DNA from: Chlorokybus atmophyticus
Lineage: Eukaryota; Plantae; Mesostigma and Chlorokybus algae
NCBI GenBank assembly: GCA_009103225.1
Contig: RHPI01001116.1
Span: 182,777 to 246,776, forward strand
DNA: 64,000 bases
Direction of reading: 5' to 3'
Shown: positions 54,498-64,000 of the stretch, piece by piece
How positions within the stretch are numbered: position 1 is the first letter of the stretch
How the letters are laid out: the number at the start of each line of letters is the position of its first letter
Made by a program: the position numbers and the translations under genes
Notes under the pieces: generated by a model
Database searches by the model: none
Seen by the model: only the letters and a program-made list of their open reading frames with translations
Told to the model about the DNA's origin: nothing

Positions 54498-57400
54498 TGT
54501 TGAGAGTATTCCTACATACGATCAGCATCGACCCTCCACACAGGAGTAGAAGGGCGTAAGGACGAGCACTAGGTCCGGACTTAGCAAGATGGCATCGTCG
54601 GACCAGACTCCGGACTCCAGACTGGAGCCTTGCTAACTGCTTCGTATCTCCGCGTATACTTACTCATGTTAGGCGTGTAAGAGCTTGTTGGAAAGCTCTG
54701 GTTGTAAGAAAGACAACACAGCTTAGAGCGCGTAAAAAGGCTGAGTATAGCTTACGCAGTGCTTGCAAACGTAGACGTGTGTGTAACTGGCTGGTATAAG
54801 AACCAGCGGACAACTTGTAATAGATGAATGTGATGTGACTTGTGTATGCTCTGGTGGCGGTAGCTCTGTCTCTGTGTGTCTATGCTTGCCTCAGCTACAT
54901 GTACATGCTAGTCCTTCAACAGGTTATGGGCCCACACTACGCTTGAGGAGTGTGAGACTAGCTTGTGTGTATAGTAGTTCTACACTACGGTAGCTTGTTG
55001 GTAGCAGAGCCTTGGGTGTCAACTGCAAGAAAGGCAGGCTCGACAAAGATGGAGGCGACCTACGACAAGGGGCAGATTGCAAAGCTGGACACCGACAACT
55101 ACAACACATGGTGCGTGGAGATGAAGGCCTTGCTCATCCACAAGAAGGTGTGAAAGTACGTTGATCCGAAGGCACCACCACCAACACCAGGAGCGAACAC
55201 TGTGTGGTCAGAGCATTCAGCAGAAGCACACTCTTTGCTTGTGTTGAACAGCAAACCGCATCACTTTCCCATGCTCACTGCATGTGAAGATGGTAGACAA
55301 GCTTGGGAAAAGCTATCAGCCGTTTTCAGAGCCAAGAACAATGCCAGAAAGTTGCATCTACGCAAGCAGCTCAGCGCACTCAGGAAGGAGGCAGCAGAAC
55401 CCATCACAAAGTATGTTGCGCGCGCGAGAGAGCTGTGGGCGGACCTCATCAACGTCGGCCACAACATGGGGGAGACGGAGGTAGTGCTGGCCATTGTTGC
55501 AGGGCTACCAGCAGAGTACGAGGTCGTCGCAACCCTGCTGGAGACGTCATCATCGGAGTTGACGTTGGACGATGTGCTACCGAAGCTGCTCACCGTGGAG
55601 CAGAGGGTTGTGAAGAAGGACGAGCAAGCGGATGCCGTAGCCTTCTACACCGGCAAGCACGCAAAGAAGAGCAACCATGAAGAGAAGTACAAGGGCAATA
55701 AGCCAGGCAATCCTCGTCACAAAGACCTCACATGCCACTGGTGTGGTTGGAAGGGGCACATTGTGAAGGACTGTAGGAAGAAACAACAGGGGCAACCTAG
55801 AGCAAGCACCAGCAACAGCGGCAACGAGCACCAACACAAGGAGAAACATGTCGCCTTCACTGCATCCAGTTCGAGGGCGGGCACAGCTTTCTGGGTGGTG
55901 GACTCTGGCTGCGATCGTCATCTCACACCAAACAAGGAGGTGATGGAGGGCTACATGAAGCTGACGTCCACAATCAAGGTGGCGGGCTTCGGTGGTGAAG
56001 TACTGGTAGCTGAGGGAGTTGGCAACGTACGACTCCAGTGCAAGGTTGGTAACACACTACGCGAGGTGTTGTTACGCAACGTCCTGTATGTTCCTAAGGC
56101 TATTGCGAGTCTATTCTCTGTGAGGGTTGCGGAGCGCTTAGGCGCGGAGATCCTATTTTGGAAGGGTAGCTGCTCAGTCATCCTTGATGGGGTCGTGCAC
56201 ATGGTTGGAATCGCTGATCCGGGAGGGCTCTACCACGTGGAGCAGCCTCAAGACAGAGACATTCAAGCCATGGTGGTGAAGGACAAGGAGTCGCCAACAT
56301 TGTGGCATCGGAGGTTCGGGCATCTCAGCTACGTCAACCTCACTCGCCTTGTCGCTGAGAAGATGGTCAAGGGCATCCATCTCAGCACAGAAGAACTCAA
56401 GACAGTATCAGGTGCACTTTGTGAACCATGTCTGGTTGCAAAGCAGCATGCTATGCCATTCCCATCATCCTCTTCTAGCAGTCAGCATCCTTGCGAGCTT
56501 GTGCACATGGATGTCTGTGGCCCTATGCGCATTGTGGCGAAGGGAGGGGTCAGGTACTTTGCTACAATCCTCGACGACTACAGCAAGCTGTCCATCATCT
56601 TTCCATTGACGCTAAATACAGAAGTTGCTGGAGCTGTGCGCACAGTCGTGGCCTTGTTGGAGACCCAGTCTGGCAACAAGATGAAGGCAATGAGGAGTGA
56701 TCGAGGAGGGGAGTACATCAACAAGGAGTTGAAGGAGTTCTTCGCCAGCAAGGGCATACGCCACGAGACAACNNNNNNNNNNNNNNNNNNNNNNNNNNNN
56801 NNNNNNNNNNNNNNNNNNNNNNNNNNNNNNNNNNNNNNNNNNNNNNNNNNNNNNNNNNNNNNNNNNNNNNNNNNNNNNNNNNNNNNNNNNNNNNNNNNNN
56901 NNNNNNNNNNNNNNNNNNNNNNNNNNNNNNNNNNNNNNNNNNNNNNNNNNNNNNNNNNNNNNNNNNNNNNNNNNNNNNNNNNNNNNNNNNNNNNNNNNNN
57001 NNNNNNNNNNNNNNNNNNNNNNNNNNNNNNNNNNNNNNNNNNNNNNNNNNNNNNNNNNNNNNNNNNNNNNNNNNNNNNNNNNNNNNNNNNNNNNNNNNNN
57101 NNNNNNNNNNNNNNNNNNNNNNNNNNNNNNNNNNNNNNNNNNNNNNNNNNNNNNNNNNNNNNNNNNNNNNNNNNNNNNNNNNNNNNNNNNNNNNNNNNNN
57201 NNNNNNNNNNNNNNNNNNNNNNNNNNNNNNNNNNNNNNNNNNNNNNNNNNNNNNNNNNNNNNNGTGAAGACTGCCTTCTTCTACGGAGAGATGGAGGAGG
57301 AGATCTTCATCGAGCAACCACCTGGATATGAAGAAGGGGAGAGAGGCACAGCGTGCAAGCTGATCAAGGCACTGTACGGGCTGCGACAGGCACCGCGTAT

Positions 57401-58923
57401 GTGGCACATCAAGCTCACCAAGGAGCTGGAGGCACTTGGCTTCACCGCATCCTCTGCAGACCCTGGGCTCTTCATCCATGCAGACAACAAGGTCTGGCTG
57501 CTCGTGTATGTTGATGATATCATCATCACCGCCAGGCAGGTGCACCACCTGCAGGAGACGAAACTTGCTCTACAGCAAGCATTCTCAGTTCGTGATCTTG
57601 GAGAGGCCAAGTGGTTCCTTGGCATGGTGATTGAGCGCGACAGGGCGGCTCGCACAATCAAGATCAGTCAGGAGCAGATGGTGAGAAGACTCGTCACCAA
57701 GTTTGGGCTCACTGAAGCGAAGACCAAGACCACACCGTTGGCACTTGGCACTGCCCTCATCAAGGCAAAGGATGAGGAGGTACTCGACAAGGCTCAGTAT
57801 CCATATGGTGAGCTGGTAGGCAGCATGCTCTATCTGGCAGTGTGCACACGTCCCGATGTTGCACATGCTGTGGGAGTACTTGCTCGCTACATGTCTGCAC
57901 CGAGCATGGAGCACTGGAGAGCAGCAAAGGGAGTACTACGCTATGTTGCTGGGAGCGCAACAGTTGGCATCAAGTTTGGGAGCGGGAGCACTGAGTTGGA
58001 GGGCTACTGCGACTCGGACTTTGCTGGTGACCTCAACAGCAGGAGGTCCACTACAGGCTACGTCTTCAAGCTGAACGGAGGCGTGGTGAGCTGGAACAGC
58101 AGGCTGCAGCCAACAACAGCAGCATCTACATCAGAGGCTGAGTACATGGCAGCGGCAGCAGCAGTGAAGGAGGCACTCTGGCTTCGCAAGCTCATGGCAG
58201 ACTTGGAGCACCCCATGGCGTGCATCGTCATCAACTGTGACAACCAAGGAGCCATCAAGTTGTTGAAGCACCCTATCGCCTCGGCAAGGACGAAGCACAT
58301 TGATGTCATGCATCACTTTGTGCGTGACAGAGTCACAAGGAAGGAGGTGGAGTTCCAGTACTGCAACACCGAGGGCATGCTGGCGGACTTCATGACAAAG
58401 CCATTGTCACCGCTCAAGTTCAAGACTTGTTGTGCAGGACTTGGCATCTGTGTTTGACTACAGGAGCAAGCGTTGGAGGTCAAGCTGCTCGCGTGGGAGT
58501 GTTGAGAGTATTCCTACATACGATCAGCATCGACCCTCCACACAGGAGTAGAAGGTCGTAAGGACGAGCACTAGGTCCGGACTTAGCAAGATGGCATCGT
58601 CGGACCAGACTCCGGACTCCAGACTGGAGCCTTACTAAATGCTTCGTATCTCCGCGTATACTTACTCATATTAGGCGTGTAAGAGCTTGTTGGAAAGCTC
58701 TGGTTGTAAGAAAGACAACATAGCTTAGAGAGCGTCAAAAGGCTGAGTATAGCTTACGCAGTGCTTGCAAACGTAGACGTGTGTGTAACTGGCTGGTATA
58801 AGAACCAGCGGACAACTTGTAATAGATGAATGTGATGTGACTTGTGTATGCTCTGGTGGCGGTAGCTCTGTCTCTGTGTGTCTATGCTTGCCTCAACTAC
58901 ATGTGCATGCTAGTCCTTCAACA
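54498..58923 (+). mobile_element. Ty1/Copia LTR retrotransposon with an internal N-gap
   Basis: 424-bp LTRs at 54498-54921 and 58500-58923 (TG..CA, about 9 differences); PBS GGTTATGGGCCCA (internal tRNAi-Met half type); gag from ATG 55049 with TGA at 55151; CCHC CHWCGWKGHIVKDC; protease WVVDSG; LWHRRFGHL; integrase ELVHMDVCGP; RT YVDDII; RH EGYCDSDFAGD; stop at 58457. Confidence 0.97.
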
Positions 58924-59889
58924 GTTTGCGCATCTGCCAGCTGCCGCTCTGCTTCATTGGCTCTTCTTGTCGCGGCATCGACAGCCGCTGCATCGACAGC
59001 CCCTCCAACGGCCTCTGATGCTGACTGCCTCGCCGCTTGCTGTGCTACCTCCTGCTCCAGCTGGCGAATGCGCTGCCGAGAACTCTCCATCTCTTCCCCA
59101 ATCTTGGCGCCCGTAGAGGAGCTGGAGGCCATTGCCAGCATGCGCGATTTTAAATCAAAGTCTCGCAATTTGAGGCCGCGAATCTGGGCGTCAATTGATG
59201 CCGCACGCTCTTTGGCGGCTTCGAGTGCTGTAGCCAACTCCTCTTGCAGTTTGGCGACCTCAGCATCGGTGGTTGCAGCCCTCTGCTGCAACTCCTCCCT
59301 CTCCTTGCGCAGGTTGTCCACCTGAGAGTTGGAAGCGGCAGCCCTCTGCTGCAACTCCGCCAATTCCTTTTGTAGCTTGGCGACCTCAGAGTTGGAAGCT
59401 GCAGCCCTCTGCTCCGCATGCTCCAAATCCTTGCGCACATTGTTGACCTCAGCATCGGTTAATGCAGCCCTCTGCTCCGTCTCCTCCAAATCATTGCGCA
59501 GCTTGGCAATAACAGCATCTGATGCCCCAGCCCTCTGCTCCGACTCCTGGAACCTCTTGCGCATCTCGGCTAAGAGTAGGTTGAACTCATCGTTTGTTCT
59601 TGATGCTGTGTTCATCGTCTCCTCCAACTCCTTGCGCACCTGGGCGACCTCAGCGTTGGCATCTGCAGCCCTCTGTTGCGTCTCCTGTAACTCCTTGCGA
59701 AGGATTGCAACCTGTTGCTGCGACTCCGCTACTTCAAGGTCAAGAGTACGCTGGTAATACTGCTTGCGCGCCTCGTTCACACTGACTAGGCTGGTCTGCA
59801 GGTTGTCACGAGTTGCAAGAACGCGCTCTTGTCCTTGCTGTCGCACATAGACATCAAGTAAGTACAGAGGCCACAACAGATTATCAAAG

Positions 59890-59982
<93 letters not shown>

Positions 59983-62033
59983 NATTGATCACCACCAATA
60001 AAGATGCTGCAGCTTGTGCCTCCGCCCGTGTCAGTGGTGGAGGTGCGGGGTGCAAGGGCACTCTCAACTGATGGAGATGATCGTCGTGTGAATGGGGAGT
60101 ATCAGGGTTGTTGATCACCACCAATAAAAATGCTGCAGCTTGTGCCTCCGCCCGTGTGTTAGCTTCGCTCTGCTCTTTTACAAGTGTACGCACAATGTCC
60201 CGCTTGAGTTCGTCAAGCAATTCCTTTCTGGACTCCTTGAAGCCCTTCTGCAGCATACCCCGGATCTTTCTCTCCCAATCCTTTTCCCAGTCCTCTCCCT
60301 TCAGTGTTAATGCTGTCGCCTGCCTGGTGAGAGCCCCCTCTCTGGTAGCAATAGCTGCTGTTTGAGTTTTGTGCATCTCGGCAGTCTTTCTCTGGATACC
60401 AGCGACCTTTTCCTGCAAAAACAGGTAATAGTTTAAGCAAATGTGTGAAGTGAAAGGTGCACCACATGCTGTTGTACCCTGATCACGTTCTCTTGTTCTA
60501 TGCGTAGGTCTAACTCCCTAATGACTTGTTTTAGGGCGTCGACTTGTCTGTTTGCGGCCTCTTTCATTTCGTAGGCAGCATCATAAACCGCTTTACAGAA
60601 ATGAACAGATATTTGACGCTGAATATGGGCTTCAGAATCTATCTGTTGACACATGCACGTGATCTTGGTTGTTAGCATACATGTCACAGTGCATGCAAGT
60701 GCACTGCGACAGGAATGCAAAACAACAGACTGTCGATAAGACTGTCGAAGAGACTGTCATTGTTGGAAGACTGTCAGTACAACTCACCATTCTTGTCTTT
60801 GCGTCCGCATTGGGCATGCTGAAGACACGCTGGACCAAACGCATGGAATATGCGAAGTCACTCTCGCCCAGCTGCCTTGGTGGCTTGCTGGTAAGCAACC
60901 ACATAGCGTCCTCCGTGGTCAACTTCCAACTTCTCGCAAGCCTCTGCGCCGCATCCTCCGTTTGCCACAGTTGGGTCTGCCAGCAAAGAAGGCAAGTTAG
61001 CTTCCAGTGTCACAGTTGTGGAGTCATTGACAGTCTCGCATTGACAGTCGCACTAACAAGGCATGCAAACTGGGCATGCAGCAATGCAATCACACTTACT
61101 TGGTCTGTCTGCCCGTCTGGTGGCGCAGGGAAAGGGGTGTAGTCTAAGAGTAGCTCCTCCCCTGCCTTGATGTCCCTAGTCGCATACACAGTGACAGCTG
61201 GGTGGCCAACGTCATCGAAGTCCGAGTAGAACATGACGTTGGGCTGAGTGTGCCCATGTGCGGAATTGATGTAAGCCGCTACACAGCCAGTGCGGGGGTG
61301 CCCGTCGATGACAACCTGATATTGGCTTGGTGTATCTGGTGGAAACAGGTTGACGTGATATCGCCGGTGGTGTCGGATGTCGCTGATTTGCTGGTAACGA
61401 TGCAAGACCTCCTCCATCTCCTGTTGCTTGAACCATTTGCCGTCATATGGCAACAGGTAAGCCTCTGCACAGATGCGCACAAGTCATGAGTGATCCGCGA
61501 GTACACAGAGAGACATGCACACAAAGATACACACGCACACACGTGCACGTACCGTTTGGAATGTCTTCGCAGGCAAACAGTCCCAGTCCAGCACCAGTGA
61601 TGGTTGAGTCCTTGATCAACCAGTTGTGCGTAAGATACTTGAACTGCTCGTTGACTGGGATGCGTGTGGATGCTCTTGCATCCTCCACATTATCCAGTCT
61701 CCACAGCTGGTGCTTGTCTCCAGCGCTACGATGGATGAGCTTGAGGTTTGGTATCTCCCGGTCAGTCTGTTTAATGCAGTGATAAGTAACCATCAGACTC
61801 TAGCGCAAAGATAAACACAGACCATTACATTGGCATAGGCTGTCATGATATGTTCTCACCCTCAAGTAGTCAGCAGAAAGTTTGGGTGGCGCTTTGGAAC
61901 CTGTTGAGGGGTAGCGTTTCACCTGGAATTTGTTCATTTCTTTAAGAGCACTGGCGAATTCCGCTGCATAATCCACTGCTGCGGCTTGGCGACGCCTTGA
62001 GGGTTTCCGCTTCGGTGGACTGGGTATCGCACC

Positions 62034-62069
<36 letters not shown>

Positions 62070-62880
62070 ATCCTGTGGTTCTCCTGCTACTCCTGCTCCT
62101 CTTGATCTTCCTGCTCCTCGAGATCGTGTTGCTCTGCGTGTTCAGGTATGCATAGCCGCCAGCTGTTGCATTTCTTCGTACAGTTCTTTGGTCTGAAACA
62201 TGGCAGGGTTAGTACGCATGTTGCAGTATGGTTTCATTGCTGCTGTGCGAATCCAGCAACTCACATATCCTGGAATAGCCTTGATGTCTGCCATCTTGTA
62301 GTGCTTCAAGTTTGGGACTGTGGGATTGGGGTAAGGGGGCAGTTGCTCATCCTGCAGCACGCCGCTGCTGGTGAGTTGCATTGTGCGTTCAAACATGTCA
62401 CAATACTTCAAGTAGTCCAAGAACACGACGGTTGCACTCATATTACAAACGATATGCGCAGGATTTCAAGCAACGGCTGTCAAGTACAACCGATGTGCGC
62501 AGGATTCAAGCAACGGCTGTCAGGTATCTGCACCATTAGCCAATGCGCTGTACGCACGCGCAAGGCACATCATTGACAGTCCAGGCAAGATGTTGCAAGA
62601 ACTTGGATTAAGAATGCCTGAGGGTTCGTACCCTGATGGATTGCTGGATTTCCTCTGCCAACTTTTCGAGTGTAGCCTTGTCCTCCCTCCCTCCCTTATT
62701 GCTGAGCACGCGCATCATTCGGCACAGAGCACCGTTCCAGTGCTGTGCGATTTTCGTGGGCTTGGTCTCTCCCATGCCAGGTTGGCCGTTTGCATTACGG
62801 TGACCAGCGTGCACGTTGTTCATACAGTAAAGGCAGCCCCATATAAACTGCGGCGCTGTGGACGACCTCCTTCGAGCCAT
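58924..62880 (-). CDS. SET-domain protein with an acidic/NLS N-terminal region and a long C-terminal coiled coil; premature TGA; 3' end cut by the Copia LTR
   Basis: Phase-compatible exons give DSTITGAGLGLFACEDIPNG|EAYLLPYDGKW...GCVAAYINSAHGHTQPNVMFY...VTVYATRDIKAGEELLLDY (SET motifs at 61572-61595, 61259-61273 and 61139-61156). Also DEDEDEDEDEDEE and PPKRKPSRRR; in-frame TGA at 62142-62144; ~21-aa coiled-coil repeats at 59240-59680. Confidence 0.85.
59240..59680 (-). repeat. imperfect ~63-bp (21-aa) coding tandem repeat forming a coiled coil
   Basis: LEETEQRAALTDAEVNNVRKD / LEHAEQRAAASNSEVAKLQKE / LAELQQRAAASNSQVDNLRKE / REELQQRAATTDAEVAKLQEE. Confidence 0.85.
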
Positions 62881-63199
62881 GGTGTACTGCCTGGGACTGT
62901 CCACCGTGCCAAGAGACTGTCGACGCCTACTCAACAGCACCCTGAACCAAACCCTTCACCCCCAATCTTTGCTCAACAACAACAACAACCATGCCAAAGG
63001 TCTTGCAACGCTTGTGTACGCCGCCAACCCACAGACAGCCGTCAATTCCTAGGCGAGTTCAACCCTAATTTACCGACAGCCGCGTCGCTTTTTTGGCGAG
63101 TTGCATTGTTGCGCTACTTGTGCGGCTTGTGTGGCTTGTGCGAACTCACAACGCTTGTGCGGCTTATGCGGTTGTTTATGTAAGGCACTGGTCCGACAG

Positions 63200-63527
63200 T
63201 CCCTGTTGACAGTCGACAGCTTGGGTTGCTCACTTGCTGTGGTGCCAGGACACTTGCACTTCTGCTGTGCTGTTTGCCAGTTGATTTCAGCTGTTGAAAG
63301 GTGAGCAGGTTGCTTGCAAGCTTGAATGCTTGCTTGCTTGCATGACAGTCTCTGTTCACAGTCGACAGCTTGGGTTGCTCACTTGCTGTGGTGCCAGGAC
63401 ACTTGCACTTCTGCTGTGCTGTTTGCCAGTTGATTTTAGCTGTTGAAAGGTGAGCAGGTTGCTTGCAAGCTTGGATGCTTGCTTGCTTGCATGACAGTCT
63501 CTGTTGACAGTCGACAGCTTGGGTTGC
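63200..63527. repeat. 149-bp tandem repeat (~2.2 copies) carrying GACAGTC motifs
   Basis: agtcgacagcttgggttgc starts at 63211, 63360 and 63509; the intervening units are nearly identical. Confidence 0.9.
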
Positions 63528-63576
63528 CTCAAGTGTGAAGTCAAACTGTTTGCTCTAAGTTCAGTTGTTTGTTCAG

Positions 63577-64000
63577 GCAGTCCAACTGACACCATGACCA
63601 CTGGGGAGGCAAGACAAATGCCCGCTGCAGCTGATTGCTTCAGAGCAAAGGGGAACCACTTGCTGGGCCAAGTGACGGGCTCGCAGTTCCTGATGAAACC
63701 AGAGTTCAAGCATATGCGCACAACGCATATCAACAACCTGGCGAAGCTGAAAAAAGAGATGCTGAGCAAGTGGCCACCACCTCAAGGCATGAAAGGCACA
63801 GACTTCAAGCAGAACGCCCAGCACCGGCAGGAGCTGGACGATGTCTGCGAGACTGTATTGCAGGTGTCAGAGCCACTGGTCTTTGACACAGACCACACCC
63901 TGAAATGGACCAAAGGCAAGCTGCTAGTAGAGTTGAGCTGTGTTGAAGCAAGCCTTCCAAGCAGCATGGCACTTTCTCCTCGGTTTTATTGTGTCTCCTT
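63577..64000 (+). CDS. open reading frame or exon of unknown function running off the window end
   Basis: No stop from the AG acceptor at 63576 (ATG 63594) to 64000: MTTGEARQMPAADCFRAKGNHLLGQ..KPEFKHMRTTHINNLAKLKKEMLSKWPPPQGMKGTDFKQNAQHRQELDDVCETVLQ; no domain recognised. Confidence 0.45.

Larger units (their letters stand above)
49440..64000. mobile_element. large CACTA/EnSpm-type DNA transposon: transposase (+), SET/coiled-coil gene (-), possible third ORF (+), nested Copia; right end beyond the window
   Basis: Subterminal array plus transposase. The same GACWGTC motif pervades the non-coding DNA of both the transposase gene and the SET gene but not the nested Copia. The TIR was not identified. 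Confidence 0.65.

Overview
Eukaryotic nuclear DNA with intron-rich, plant-like genes; an early-diverging streptophyte or green alga is inferred. The left ~27 kb is gene-dense: a DcpS scavenger-decapping domain apparently spliced in frame to two GT-type trihelix DNA-binding domains, a plant-type ASCH protein, a secreted bacterial-looking Ig-like protein, a DUF309 protein, a DNAJC9-like J-protein, a secreted ThuA-like protein and an SCP/CTDSP-type HAD phosphatase. After an N-gap at ~27.9 kb the window becomes a nested transposon block: chromoviral Gypsy elements and fragments, a Copia element and a related solo LTR, three TRIMs, and two CACTA/EnSpm-type transposons. The main leads are: (1) a CACTA-type element carrying an intron-containing SET-domain/coiled-coil gene, with a GACWGTC motif concentrated in its non-coding DNA, suggesting a transposon-encoded chromatin-modifying system; (2) three distinct TRIMs with 73-94 bp LTRs, each with a tRNA-type A-box in the LTR, a B-box just past the PBS and a T4 run upstream of the A-box, suggesting Pol III-driven TRIMs; (3) the DcpS-trihelix fusion; (4) a Gypsy deletion derivative whose junction falls where the PBS mimics the RNase H GIGAVL codons. 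All splice models, family calls and counts were made by eye; no database searches were run.
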